Origin: a virus
Lineage: Duplodnaviria; Caudoviricetes
Virus record (IMG/VR): IMGVR_UViG_3300034127_000010
Coordinates: 1-48,391 of that record
DNA length: 48,391 nt
Direction: 5' to 3' (one strand)
This document shows positions 23,211-33,420 of this stretch, piece after piece (position 1 is the first letter of the stretch; every line of letters starts with the position of its first letter). The position numbers and the translations under genes were made by a program. The notes under the pieces were generated by a model, which worked only from the letters and a program-made list of their open reading frames with translations, had not been told where the DNA came from and did not search any database.

Positions 23211-25348
23211 TGGCCACCGCCCCCTACATCGACGAGCAGGCACCCGAGGAAGTCGCGCCCGAAGAGGACGCACTCGCCTTCCTCGAACAGGTTTCGCAGC
23301 TCGAAGGCGACATCAGTTCGCTGCTCGACGAGCAGACCCTGACCAAGCTCGGTGCGGACGTGGTCCGCGATTACGAGCTCGACGTCAGCGACCGCCAGCC
23401 GTGGGAGACCGTCGTCGTCTCCGCGCTCAAGAAGGCGGCGCAAGAGCGCGACTTCACCGAGGAGGACATCGCCAACTGGCCAGCATACCGCCAGAGCGAC
23501 GTCAATTTCCCGATCCTGACCGTCGCGGCGCAGCAGTTCAACGCCCGCGCCTATCCCGCCATCTGCAAGTCAGGATCGATGGTCCGCGTCCGCGTGATCG
23601 GCTCCGACAAGGGTCGCCCCGAGATGCAGCAGGGCCCCGGCGGCAAGATGACCCCGGTCATGCAGCCTGTAGCAGGTCCCGATGGCCAGCCGATCGCTGG
23701 ACCGGACGGACAGCCGCAGATGCAGCCGGTGTGGAAGATTCCGCCGGGCGCCAAGACCAAGCGCGCAGACCGCGTGTCCGACTATCTCAACGTCTATGTC
23801 GAATACCGCATGGACGATTGGGAAGAAGACACCGACGTCATGCTCTACCAGATCGCCATCGCCGGCTGCGGGTTCCGCAAGCTGTGGTGGGCGGACGGCA
23901 AGCAGTGCGCGGCCTATGTGCCGGCGCTGGACCTGATCGTCCCGGTTGCCGCCAAGAGCCTCAAGACGACCCCGCGCATCACCGAGCGCATGCCGAACGT
24001 CTATCCGTACCAGATCCGCCAGCGCCAGCTATCGGGCGAGTATCGTGACGTGGTTCTGCCCCAGATCGGCGATGACGAAGAGGGCGCGCGCATGCTGCTG
24101 GAGCAGCACCGCCTGATCGACATGGACAAGGACGGCCTCGACGAGCCGTACATCGTGACGGTCGATCGCGAGACGTCGCAGGTTCTGAAGATCGAGGCGA
24201 ATTTCGCGCCCGAGGACGTGAAGCTGGACGCGCAGGGCAAGGCAGCGAAGATCACGCCCGGCCGCTTCTACATCAAATACCCGTTCCTGCCGAATCCCAA
24301 GGGCGAGTTCTACGACATCGGATTCGGGCATCTGCTGAGCCAGATGGGCGACATGATCGATGCGACCATCAACCAGATGTTCGACGCGGGTCATGCGCAG
24401 ATCGCCGGCGGCGGGTTTCTCGCCTCGGGCGTGCGGCTTCAGGGCAACGGCCAGACCAACACGCTGCGCTGGAAGCCGGGCGAGTACAAGACCGTGTCCG
24501 TCACCGGTCAGGCGCTTCGGGACGGCATCTACGAGCGGACCTTCCCGGGGGCATCGCAGATCATGTTCAACCTGCTCGAGCTGATCCTGGGCGCCGCGAA
24601 GGACGTCGCATCGGTCAAGGACGTCATCACGGGTGAGGCGAGCAATCAGGGGCAGGTTGGCACCACGCTCGCCCTGATCGAGCAGGGCCTTGCCGTGTTC
24701 ACCGCCATCTACAAGCGCATTTACCGGTCGCTGGGCGAGGAATTCACGCTGGTGGCGCAGAACCTCGCCAAATACGGCGGGGAGGCCGTGGCGAAGGATT
24801 ACGATGCGGTTCTCGACGATCCGGCGGCCGATTTCGCCGCGGACTTCAACGAGACTGACATGGACATCAAGCCGGTCGCCGACCCGTCGAGCGTGACGAA
24901 GATGCAGCGGGTCGCGAAGGCTGAGGCGCTGCTCGGGTTCCGCGGTCAGGGGCTGAACGACCTCGTCATCGATCGCCGCGCACTGGAGGCGCTGGATATC
25001 GAGGATATCGACGAGATCATGCCGGATCCGAACGCGCCACCTCCGCCGGCCGCAGTCGCCGAATTGGAGAAGACGCAGAGCGAGACGGCGAAGAACCTGG
25101 CTGAAGTCGAAAAGATCAAGGCCGAAATCGCCAAGATCGGGGCCGATGTCGGCCACACGCTAGGCGCATCAGAAGGAGGCGGCGCAGATGCCGGTAACGA
25201 AGGACGACTTCCTGTCATGGCGGGAGAATCCGGTGACGACGTGGATGTTCCGGGCACTGGAAACGGCGGCGGCGGACCAGAAGACGGCATGGGTGGAGGC
25301 ATCATGGGGGAGCCGGGTTTCGAGCCCGGAGCTGCTCCTGGAGCTTAA
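23210..25348 (+). CDS. Portal protein
   Basis: 712 aa after terL; FNARAY, GCGFRK, FYDIGFGHLL and AIYKRIYRSL.EE are typical of podovirus portals. Confidence 0.9.
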   Translation: MATAPYIDEQAPEEVAPEEDALAFLEQVSQLEGDISSLLDEQTLTKLGADVVRDYELDVSDRQPWETVVVSALKKAAQERDFTEEDIANWPAYRQSDVNFPILTVAAQQFNARAYPAICKSGSMVRVRVIGSDKGRPEMQQGPGGKMTPVMQPVAGPDGQPIAGPDGQPQMQPVWKIPPGAKTKRADRVSDYLNVYVEYRMDDWEEDTDVMLYQIAIAGCGFRKLWWADGKQCAAYVPALDLIVPVAAKSLKTTPRITERMPNVYPYQIRQRQLSGEYRDVVLPQIGDDEEGARMLLEQHRLIDMDKDGLDEPYIVTVDRETSQVLKIEANFAPEDVKLDAQGKAAKITPGRFYIKYPFLPNPKGEFYDIGFGHLLSQMGDMIDATINQMFDAGHAQIAGGGFLASGVRLQGNGQTNTLRWKPGEYKTVSVTGQALRDGIYERTFPGASQIMFNLLELILGAAKDVASVKDVITGEASNQGQVGTTLALIEQGLAVFTAIYKRIYRSLGEEFTLVAQNLAKYGGEAVAKDYDAVLDDPAADFAADFNETDMDIKPVADPSSVTKMQRVAKAEALLGFRGQGLNDLVIDRRALEALDIEDIDEIMPDPNAPPPPAAVAELEKTQSETAKNLAEVEKIKAEIAKIGADVGHTLGASEGGGADAGNEGRLPVMAGESGDDVDVPGTGNGGGGPEDGMGGGIMGEPGFEPGAAPGA

Positions 25349-25436
25349 GACCCGAGAGGACGCTTACCGCGCCCTGATGGACACCGGTTACGAGCGACTT
25401 TGCGAGATTTTGGGCGAGACGCCCTCACAAGAATAG
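25188..25436 (+). CDS. Small protein overlapping the portal 3' end
   Basis: AAGGAGG RBS; FLSWRENPVT.W motif. Confidence 0.7.
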   Translation: MPVTKDDFLSWRENPVTTWMFRALETAAADQKTAWVEASWGSRVSSPELLLELKTREDAYRALMDTGYERLCEILGETPSQE

Positions 25437-25445
25437 GAGCCACAG

Positions 25446-25784
25446 ATGGCGATACCCAAACTCGAAGACTGCACCCTCGGCATGCGCGCTACCGGCTGGA
25501 ACGTGATCGTCGTTCCTGAGCCCGCAGAGGAGAAGAGGGGCGCGATCTTCATCCCCGATTCCACGCGAGACAAGGAAGAGATCGTGCAACAGCGCGGTCG
25601 CGTCGTGTCCGTTGGTCCAGCCGCCTTCACCGCCGCCGATTATGCCGGTCAGGAGCCGGGGGAGGGCGACGCGGTGATCTTCGCCAAGCTGGCCGGGTTC
25701 CGGGTGAAGCTGGCGGACGGCAAGGACGCACGTGTCCTGCAGGATCGCGACATTGCGGTCATTCTCGATGAGGAGATGGTGTGA
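25446..25784 (+). CDS. groES: GroES-like co-chaperonin
   Basis: EEKRGAIFIPD, GRVVSVGP, GDAVIFAK.AG and DRDIAVI motifs. Confidence 0.88.
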   Translation: MAIPKLEDCTLGMRATGWNVIVVPEPAEEKRGAIFIPDSTRDKEEIVQQRGRVVSVGPAAFTAADYAGQEPGEGDAVIFAKLAGFRVKLADGKDARVLQDRDIAVILDEEMV

Positions 25785-26599
25785 TGGCAACCCAACTCGC
25801 AGACGATGGCGACGACGGCCAAGACGTCGAGGTCATCACCGACGCAGGCGCCGACAACACGCCCGCCGAACTGACCCCGGTCGAACAGCTCGCGGTCAAG
25901 ATGAAGTGGAAGCCGAAGGACCAGTACACCGGCCCCGAGGGCAAGTGGAAGCCGGCGGAGGAGTTCATCCTTGCTGAGCGCGAGATTTCCAGCGGTCTCA
26001 AGGACACGGTGCGCGGCCTCAAGGACACGGTCGATCGGCTCGCAGCGACCGCGACATGCCAGACCGAACGCGCGCTGAAGGTGCAGGCGGACGAGATCAA
26101 CGCGCGGTGGGAGCGGGCGGTCGAAGAGGGCGACAAGACAGCCGCCGCCGCCGCTCAGCGCGAGATGGCGAGCCTGGAGAAAACGGTCGTCAGCGACCTG
26201 GGCAATCCGGAAGAGACGTTCGCGCGCGACAACCCGTGGTACGGCAAGGATGACGATGCGACCGCCTATGCACAGGCCATATCTATGCGGGAGGCCAAGG
26301 CCGGCAAGTCGGTGGAACAGCAGCTGGCAGCGGCATCGGCCGGCGTGAAGAAGCGCTTCCCCGAGCTGTTCGATGACGGTGAGCCGGCGCCGGCGGGCAA
26401 GAAGCCCCCGAGCGTCAACGCGCCAGCCTCTCGCGCCGCGATCGGACGCAAAGGCACATCGTACGCTGACCTGCCGCCGGAAGCGAAGGCCGCGGCGAAC
26501 CGGTATGCCGATCTCTACAAGCAGAAATTCGGGTCGGATCCGGAGAAGTCCAAGGCTGAATACGCTAAGGATTACTTCACGAACACCGGCGCTGCCTAA
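25781..26599 (+). CDS. Scaffolding protein
   Basis: Acidic N-terminus, coiled coil, NPWY motif and EYAKDY C-terminus. Confidence 0.75.
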   Translation: MMATQLADDGDDGQDVEVITDAGADNTPAELTPVEQLAVKMKWKPKDQYTGPEGKWKPAEEFILAEREISSGLKDTVRGLKDTVDRLAATATCQTERALKVQADEINARWERAVEEGDKTAAAAAQREMASLEKTVVSDLGNPEETFARDNPWYGKDDDATAYAQAISMREAKAGKSVEQQLAAASAGVKKRFPELFDDGEPAPAGKKPPSVNAPASRAAIGRKGTSYADLPPEAKAAANRYADLYKQKFGSDPEKSKAEYAKDYFTNTGAA

Positions 26600-26643
26600 A
26601 AATCAGGCAGCCTATTGCGCCGCCGTCGAAAAGGATATAGAAG

Positions 26644-27138
26644 ATGCCGCGAGGAGTTTACGATAGGGCCCAGAGCCCCAATCAGCTGGCAGAACAACCA
26701 GCACTCACTCAACCTTCGGCCCGCGCCGAAGAGGTGCGCAGAGAGCGCCGCCGCCGAGATGACGGCGACCTAGATCGGATGGGGCGGATGGCCCTGTCGA
26801 TACCTCCAGAAGTAAAAGAGCGTTTGGACCGTGAGGGTAAAACCTCCCGCTGGGTCCGGGATGCATCTGGCCGCCAGCAGGCCATGCACCGCGATGATTG
26901 GGACGTAACGCCCAATGTCGAACCCGTACCGGAAGCGCGTGATTCCGAAGGCAAGCTCGTCCTCATGGAGAAATACGCGGAATGGTACAACGACGACCAA
27001 CGCAAGAAAACCAACCTGCTCGACAAGCGGGAAGAGGCGATCAAGCGCGGTTCCAGCACCAGTCCCGAAGACCGCCGCCAGCCGGGCACGTCCTACGTCC
27101 CCGAAGGCAACCAAATTTCACGCAAACCGGGGTTCTGA
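26644..27138 (+). CDS. Conserved head-module protein
   Basis: RWVRD..GR...W...LVLM pattern between scaffold and capsid. Confidence 0.65.
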   Translation: MPRGVYDRAQSPNQLAEQPALTQPSARAEEVRRERRRRDDGDLDRMGRMALSIPPEVKERLDREGKTSRWVRDASGRQQAMHRDDWDVTPNVEPVPEARDSEGKLVLMEKYAEWYNDDQRKKTNLLDKREEAIKRGSSTSPEDRRQPGTSYVPEGNQISRKPGF

Positions 27139-27165
27139 TCTTTCGCCCCGGATAGGGGTTGAAGA

Positions 27166-27756
27166 ATGGCAAACTCGAATGCACCGACCGGGCTCACGCC
27201 CCGGCGCTATCGCAACGGCTCTCCCTGGATGGGGGCATGCCGCACCTATTATGTTCCAGCAACGGACGCGACCGCCATCGGCATCGGCGACCCCGTGATC
27301 ATCGCGGGCGGCGCCGACGCTGCCGGCGTCCCGACCGTCACGCTCGCAACTGCCGGCGCCACCAACCGCATCACCGGGGTCTGCGTCGGTATCCGGCCGG
27401 GCGGCAACAGCACGCTTATCCCTCCCCGCCTGCGTGCGGCCTCGACGGCGGAATACATCCTCGTCACGGATGACCCCGCGCTCCTCTACGAGGTGCAGGA
27501 GGACAGCGTCGGCGGCGCGCTCACGGCGGCCAGCACCGATCTGAACTGCGACCTCGTCGCGGGCACGGCCAGCACCTACACCGGCCTGTCCGCATGGCAG
27601 CTCGACAGCTCGACGGCTGCAGTTGGGGCGACGCTCCAGATGCGTCTCATCGGCCTGCAGATCCGCGCCGACAACGTCTTCGGTGCGAACGCCAAGTGGC
27701 TCGCTTCCATCAATCTTCCGACCGAGACCGGCGCTGCCGGCTCCACCGGCGTTTAA
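27166..27756 (+). CDS. Capsid decoration/minor head protein
   Basis: MANSNAPTGL.P...IGIGDPV...VTDDP..LYEVQ. Confidence 0.7.
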   Translation: MANSNAPTGLTPRRYRNGSPWMGACRTYYVPATDATAIGIGDPVIIAGGADAAGVPTVTLATAGATNRITGVCVGIRPGGNSTLIPPRLRAASTAEYILVTDDPALLYEVQEDSVGGALTAASTDLNCDLVAGTASTYTGLSAWQLDSSTAAVGATLQMRLIGLQIRADNVFGANAKWLASINLPTETGAAGSTGV

Positions 27757-27770
27757 GGGGGTACTGAGCA

Positions 27771-28679
27771 ATGGCTGCAGGAATCATCACGCGCAGTGCG
27801 CATCCCGACGCTCTCTGGCCCGGCGTAAAGCGCTGGTTCGGCCTGAACTACGAGAAGGAGCCGGCCACCTGGTCCAAGATCTTCGAGAAGCTCTCGTCGA
27901 ACAAGTACCAGGAGCGCATGGCGGAGGGAACCACGTTCGGTCTCGCCCCGTCGAAGACCGAAGCCGCGCCGATCCAGTACGATTCGGACAGCGAAGGCTA
28001 TGTGGCGATCTTCCAGCACGTGGTTTACGGGCTGGGCTATATCGTCACCGAGGAGGAGTTGGAGGACAACCTTTACGAGGAAGTCAGCCAGTCCCGATCG
28101 GCCAATCTCGCATGGTCGATGCGTACCACGGCGGAATTCGTTCACGCGAACGTGCTCAACCGCGGTTTCGACGGTGCCTATCCGATCGGCGACGGCCAGC
28201 CGCTGTTCTCGGCGTCTCACCCGACGCTGAGCGGCAGCCAGTCGAACCTCCTGACTGCGGCGGACTTCTCCGAAGCAGCCATGGAAGACGCGACCAAGGC
28301 TGTGTGGCGACTGCAGAACAATCGTGGTTTCCCGATCAACGGCGGCATCAAGCGCATCATCATCAATCCCGAAGATGCGTTCACGACCACCCGGGTGCTC
28401 AACTCGGTGCTTCGTTCGGGGACCAACAACAACGACATCAACGCGCTCAATGCCATGGGCATCGTGCCGGACGTCGTGGTCAACAAGTACCTGACCGACA
28501 CGGACAGCTGGTATGTCCAGACCGACATCCCGAACGGCCTGGTTTCCTTCTGGCGGCGCGAAGTCTCCCTGTCGAAAGACAACGACTTCGACACCGAGAA
28601 CGCCAAGGCCAAGGCGACGATGCGGTTTGCCGCTGGCGCCGCAGATTGGCGAGCCGTCCTGGGCAACGCCGGCGCCTGA
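27771..28679 (+). CDS. Major capsid protein
   Basis: ALWPGV, VTEEELEDNLY, GDGQPLFS.SHP, YLTD.D.W and DFDT.N.K.KA..R. Confidence 0.9.
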   Translation: MAAGIITRSAHPDALWPGVKRWFGLNYEKEPATWSKIFEKLSSNKYQERMAEGTTFGLAPSKTEAAPIQYDSDSEGYVAIFQHVVYGLGYIVTEEELEDNLYEEVSQSRSANLAWSMRTTAEFVHANVLNRGFDGAYPIGDGQPLFSASHPTLSGSQSNLLTAADFSEAAMEDATKAVWRLQNNRGFPINGGIKRIIINPEDAFTTTRVLNSVLRSGTNNNDINALNAMGIVPDVVVNKYLTDTDSWYVQTDIPNGLVSFWRREVSLSKDNDFDTENAKAKATMRFAAGAADWRAVLGNAGA

Positions 28680-28694
28680 TGAAGAACTGCGGGG

Positions 28695-28982
28695 GTGGCT
28701 GTGCCGCTCCCGCAGATTCGAAGGGATGAACCTGTGCGCATCGTTCCGCAGCATTGGCAGCCAGGGGGTGCGTGGGGGATCTGCGCATCGTGTGGCTTTA
28801 AATATCGCCTGAATGACATGCTCCTCCGCTGGGATGGCGTCCGCGTCTGCCCGGAGGACTGGGATGAGAGGCCGCCACAGTTGACCCCGCCAAATGTCTA
28901 TCCCGAGGGCTTGCCACGGCCTGACGCCGCCCCTGAGCCACCTGACGTGTTCGTCGGGACCGTAACGCCGGGTGACCTGTGA
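28695..28982 (+). CDS. Small Cys-motif virion-module protein
   Basis: ICASCGFKY...W.G.RVCPEDW. Confidence 0.65.
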   Translation: MAVPLPQIRRDEPVRIVPQHWQPGGAWGICASCGFKYRLNDMLLRWDGVRVCPEDWDERPPQLTPPNVYPEGLPRPDAAPEPPDVFVGTVTPGDL

Positions 28983-29668
28983 CCACGTCGGGCCTGATCA
29001 CCTCGCAGCTGATCGTTTCGGAGATCGTGCAAGTCGCGATGGAGGAGCTGGGCGTTCTCTCGTCCGGGGAGGCGCCGACCGCTGAAGAGACGGCGACTGG
29101 GATTCGCGCACTGAACTGGATGCTGAAATCTTGGCCGGCGCGCGGGCTCAACCTGTTCCGCGAGACGCAGGGCGAGACGATCTTCCCGGCCGACACTGCG
29201 ACGATGACGCTCGAGCCCTATTGCCTGGACGTGGTTGAGGCGCGGTTTCTGCAGGCGACGACATTCGAGCGTCCGCTGGCGCGCTGGGAAAACGGCCAAT
29301 ACCGCCAGATCCCGAACAAGGCGCAGGCAGGCTATCCGACCGCCTATTTTCTCGACAAGCAGACGACCGGCATCACCATGACGCTGTGGCCTGTGCCGAT
29401 CGCGGACGCGCCGATCCTCTATACCTATTCGCGCATCCCGCAGGACGTGACAGACGGCGCCGAGACGGTCGATATTCCGCAGGAATGGACCGAGCTAGTC
29501 TATGTCGCGCTGGCAGCCCGGCTCGTCCAGACGTTCGGCGTCGCCCGTACCGATCCAGCAACCGCGCAGATCATCGCCCAACGCGCCGCGTCGCTCGAGC
29601 AACAGATGCTCGATCAGGACCGGCCCGCGTCCGTCTTTATGGGCAGCTACAGAGGGCGTAATTTCTGA
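28979..29668 (+). CDS. Head-to-tail adaptor (P22 gp4/tail tubular A-like)
   Basis: ALNWMLKSW, YRQIPNK..GYP, LWPVP and DIPQEW motifs. Confidence 0.75.
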   Translation: MTTSGLITSQLIVSEIVQVAMEELGVLSSGEAPTAEETATGIRALNWMLKSWPARGLNLFRETQGETIFPADTATMTLEPYCLDVVEARFLQATTFERPLARWENGQYRQIPNKAQAGYPTAYFLDKQTTGITMTLWPVPIADAPILYTYSRIPQDVTDGAETVDIPQEWTELVYVALAARLVQTFGVARTDPATAQIIAQRAASLEQQMLDQDRPASVFMGSYRGRNF

Positions 29669-29708
29669 TGTCGCCTCGCAACCATTTAATTCGAGGGAGG
29701 AATTTCTG

Positions 29709-30119
29709 ATGGCCGACCAAGTCCTCGTCACTTATGGCGGGCAGTCGCGATATGCCGAGCTGAGCACGCTTGTTACTGGCGTCGGCGGGCTGGGCTCGGC
29801 GTCAGCCCCGCTCGTCACGTCCGATCCTGGCACGGAATACGAGACCGTGGCGGCCTCGCAGACGGGACAGGCTCTCGGAGCGGCAGGCGCGACCGGTGAC
29901 CTCCTGAACGGCCTCCTGATCATCCCCGCGACCACATCGCCGGGTCTGGTGACGATCCTCGACAACGCGATCTCGATCCCCGTGTTCGTCGGCGGTGCGT
30001 CGAGTGTCGCAACGCTGATCCCGTTCTTCGTGCCGCTGGGCATCAAGAGCGTTTCGGGCGCGTGGAAGGTCACGACCGGCGCTAACGTCTCTGTCATCGC
30101 GGTGGGCGATTTTACCTGA
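29709..30119 (+). CDS. Beta-rich virion accessory protein
   Basis: GGAGG RBS; coupled to the next gene. Confidence 0.65.
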   Translation: MADQVLVTYGGQSRYAELSTLVTGVGGLGSASAPLVTSDPGTEYETVAASQTGQALGAAGATGDLLNGLLIIPATTSPGLVTILDNAISIPVFVGGASSVATLIPFFVPLGIKSVSGAWKVTTGANVSVIAVGDFT

Positions 30120-31333
30120 TGCGTCGGCGGATGGCCTGGGGGACGAATGTTGCTGCGCTCATGGGGGCAGGGACGTCTGAACGCTTTGTAGCCACCCGCG
30201 CCCGACCGCTCAGCAGCGTCGCTCTTTCCAACAAGCAAATCATGTCGCGGACGGCGCATGTCGCTTCTGCCGATATTACAGCGCTGAAAATCGCAATCGC
30301 CAACTTCCGGATGCTCGATTCGTCGTCGACCGAGACGGGCTTAGGCGGATCGACCACTTGCACTGCGTCAGTCGAATTCCCCGCCGGGACTTACAAGCAG
30401 ATCACATTCGACGCTGGCAGCGCATCAACGGTCATCCCCGATACAACGTTGATCATAACCGACATGACGACCGGTAACCTCGGTATCCCGGCCGGCGCCA
30501 CGTTCTGGATCTTGATGTACAAGACCAGCGCGACGGGCGTGCTTTATAACTCGTGGCGGAATACCGCGATGGGCGACCTGACCTGGACGGCTGCATCTGG
30601 CGTCGCGGACAGAACGATGGGCGGTGTCATCACCTCAAGCGGAAATTATTCCGTGCCGCCCATGGCGATCATTGCCATGACCTCCGCCAAGGCGATCCTT
30701 GGCATCGGCGACAGCAAGACCGCGGGCTTTGGAGATTCGAACGAAAGCGCAACGGCAGCCGGGCCTGGCCAACTCGGAGAGATTGCCAGTTCGATCCCGA
30801 CAGATCAGCCGTTCGTCAATATCGCGACTGGCGGCATGCGCGCCGATCTTTGGCCGACGCTCGCCACGCAGCGCAAGAAGTTGTTGCCCTATGCGTCGCA
30901 CTATTTCTTCAATCTCGGGTTCAACGACATCTACAACAACGCGGCATCGGCCGCGACTTGCAGGACGAATGTCGAATTGATCCTGGCGGAGATCCTTGCC
31001 GCGAACCCGGGTGCTCGGATCACGCTTGGGACGCAGAGCCACAAGAGTACGTCAACCGACAGTTGGGCGACGACGGGCAACCAAACGACGGTCGGCCAAA
31101 CGGCGCAGCGCAATATCTACAATGGCTATGTGCGTGCCGGATCAATTGCTGGAAACAACAACGGGTATTTCGAAATCTCCGATCAGCTCGAAACGGTTCG
31201 CGATAACGGTATCTGGAAGGTCACCGGCGCGGCGTTCGGGTACACCGGCGACGGTACGCATGAATCCCCGGCTGGCTATGACCTGATCTCCGCATCCGGC
31301 GCGGTCGATGTCGCGGTAAAGCTGGCGAGCTGA
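30119..31333 (+). CDS. SGNH/GDSL hydrolase (virion-associated esterase)
   Basis: Catalytic blocks GIGDS, GFND and DGTH. Confidence 0.85.
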   Translation: MRRRMAWGTNVAALMGAGTSERFVATRARPLSSVALSNKQIMSRTAHVASADITALKIAIANFRMLDSSSTETGLGGSTTCTASVEFPAGTYKQITFDAGSASTVIPDTTLIITDMTTGNLGIPAGATFWILMYKTSATGVLYNSWRNTAMGDLTWTAASGVADRTMGGVITSSGNYSVPPMAIIAMTSAKAILGIGDSKTAGFGDSNESATAAGPGQLGEIASSIPTDQPFVNIATGGMRADLWPTLATQRKKLLPYASHYFFNLGFNDIYNNAASAATCRTNVELILAEILAANPGARITLGTQSHKSTSTDSWATTGNQTTVGQTAQRNIYNGYVRAGSIAGNNNGYFEISDQLETVRDNGIWKVTGAAFGYTGDGTHESPAGYDLISASGAVDVAVKLAS

Positions 31334-31334
31334 C

Positions 31335-32690
31335 ATGCAAATCCCCTATGGTATCCAGTCCTATCGCCGGGCGGACATCCCGCAGATCCGCCTGGAGAAC
31401 CTGTTCGTCGAGAAGACGCCAGCCGAGCCCGGCGGCATCGTCCTGCTGCCGCGTCCGGGCCTGTCGCCCTATGGCGAACCGCTGGGCACGGGTCCGAACC
31501 GCGGCGTGTTCCAGAAGCCGGGTGCGCTGGAAGACTCGCTTTTCACCGTCTCCGGGACAGAACTCTATAACGGCGCGGACCTGATTGGCACGATCGAGGG
31601 GGCGGGCCGGGTCAGCATGGATGGCACGCTGAACGCGCTGCTCATCGCGACGGGCGAAAAGCTCTATGCGTCGGATGGGGCGACGGTCACCGAAATCTCC
31701 TTTCCGGATAATGCTGGCGTAACGTCTGTCGGGTTTATCGGCGGCTATGCGCTGGCGACCCGGGCGAACTCGCGCCGCATCTATTTCACGCTCGATCCGA
31801 TGGTGTGGGACGGACTCGATTACGTCTCAGCCGAGCAATCGACCGGCGACGTCATCGGTCTGTCGATCGTCAGCGATCAGGTGTGGGTGTTCTGCGAGCA
31901 GGTCACGGAGATTTTCGTCACGACCGGCGACCCGGACATCCCGATCCAGCGCGTTGAGGGCCGGCTGATGGACAAGGGGTGTCTGGCCCGCGACGGTATC
32001 GCCAAGCTCGACAATTCGGTGTTCTGGGTCGGCCACGACGGCATTGTGTACCGCGGCGACAGCGCCCCGCAGCGTGTTTCTGACCACGGCATAGAGGAGC
32101 GCATTGCGGGTTCCGGTGTTGACGATCTCAATGCCTGGGCATTCCCATGGTTCGGGCACACCTTCTACGCGCTCAACACCAGCGACGGAACATTCCTGTT
32201 CGACGTGGCCACACAGCAGTGGACATGTTTTTCCAGCTACGGGCGGGGCAAGTGGCGGGCGCTGACGGGCACGCTATACGGGCGCCTGATCGTCGTTGGC
32301 GATGACGAGACCGGCCAGCTGTGGCAACTGGACGCCGATGCGATCAGTGATGATGGCGACCCGCTGCAGCGCTGGTTTACCGTGCTGATCAAGAAGGCGA
32401 TGTTCCTCGACAACATCACCCTGAACTGCTCGGTTGGAGATACAGGTGGCACGCCATCGACCGCGGGCATTGCGGAAATGCGCACGTCGCGGGATGGCGG
32501 GAACACGTTCAGCGACTTCCGGGAGACAAGCCTGGGAGAGCAGGGTCATTATAGGCAGCGCGTTGTCTTCCGGCGCGTCGGGATGGTCGATCAGGACAAT
32601 TACGTGTTCCAGTTCCGAATCACCGACCCTCGCCCGTCGCGCATCAGTTACGTCAAGGTCAACGAAGCGCTTGGCGGGCGGTCGCGGTAA
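31335..32690 (+). CDS. P22 gp10-like packaged-DNA stabilisation (tail hub) protein
   Basis: SAEQSTGD, GCLARD.IAK.DNSVFWVG, VSDHGIE and SRDGGNTF..R..SLG..G.Y..RV.FRR.G. Confidence 0.9.
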   Translation: MQIPYGIQSYRRADIPQIRLENLFVEKTPAEPGGIVLLPRPGLSPYGEPLGTGPNRGVFQKPGALEDSLFTVSGTELYNGADLIGTIEGAGRVSMDGTLNALLIATGEKLYASDGATVTEISFPDNAGVTSVGFIGGYALATRANSRRIYFTLDPMVWDGLDYVSAEQSTGDVIGLSIVSDQVWVFCEQVTEIFVTTGDPDIPIQRVEGRLMDKGCLARDGIAKLDNSVFWVGHDGIVYRGDSAPQRVSDHGIEERIAGSGVDDLNAWAFPWFGHTFYALNTSDGTFLFDVATQQWTCFSSYGRGKWRALTGTLYGRLIVVGDDETGQLWQLDADAISDDGDPLQRWFTVLIKKAMFLDNITLNCSVGDTGGTPSTAGIAEMRTSRDGGNTFSDFRETSLGEQGHYRQRVVFRRVGMVDQDNYVFQFRITDPRPSRISYVKVNEALGGRSR

Positions 32691-33337
32691 TGGCCGTCGC
32701 TCCGATCAAGCTGCCGCGCCTGCCGGCCAATCAGCGGCTGATCAATCCGGACGGCACACCGACGCTCACCTATTCGCGCTGGTGGCAGTCGGTTGTCCAG
32801 CAGGTGGAAACGGCGGTCAATGGCATCCTCGAGCTACCGGGCATTCAGGAGGCGATCGACGCCGCCCAGGCTGCGGCCGATGCCGCGAACACCGCGGCGG
32901 CGACGGCCAACACGGCGGCCGATGCCGCGCAGACGTCAGCAGACGCCGTCACCGCTTCGTCGGCGTTGGCGAACAGCTACGTAAGTGGGCTGACGCTTTC
33001 TGCGGCAGATGCGGGGGCAAGCGTGACCGTCACGATTTCGGCGCACACCCGCACCTATGCGACAGATCCACCAACCTCGGTTTCAGTCTCGGGAGGCGCG
33101 GTTACGGGTGTCCCCTATTCCGTCTCGCCTGATACTTACACGGCGTACATCTTCTATGATCAGCCGAGCCGGGCAGGGGGCTCGGTTACCTACCAATACA
33201 CCAACGACAATTCGGCCGTTGCCCAGATCAATGACCGGCACTCGGTTGGCGCTGCTGCGAGTCCAGAGGCGGCGGGCCCTGTTCGAGACGGGCGACCAAT
33301 CTCACCGCCTGGCGGAAGCTACGAGCGTGAGCTTTGA
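32690..33337 (+). CDS. Tail needle/plug-like protein
   Basis: gp26 position; Ala-rich coiled coil plus a beta domain. Confidence 0.55.
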   Translation: MAVAPIKLPRLPANQRLINPDGTPTLTYSRWWQSVVQQVETAVNGILELPGIQEAIDAAQAAADAANTAAATANTAADAAQTSADAVTASSALANSYVSGLTLSAADAGASVTVTISAHTRTYATDPPTSVSVSGGAVTGVPYSVSPDTYTAYIFYDQPSRAGGSVTYQYTNDNSAVAQINDRHSVGAAASPEAAGPVRDGRPISPPGGSYEREL

Positions 33338-33420
33338 ACGGGCTTGATGATGGCGGCCGAATAGGTTAGTGAAGGCGGTAGATCAGCCCCACAGCGGGGA
33401 TTTACGAGCGGGCTGATCAT

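Noticed and set aside
23620-23735. GPDGQP repeat insertion in the portal as an intein or mobile insert
   Set aside because: It is a short low-complexity loop without splicing motifs.
24029-25156. Long antisense ORFs (for example 24029-25156, 27753-28754, 36495-37841)
   Set aside because: These are shadows of GC3-biased sense genes, with no RBS or motifs.
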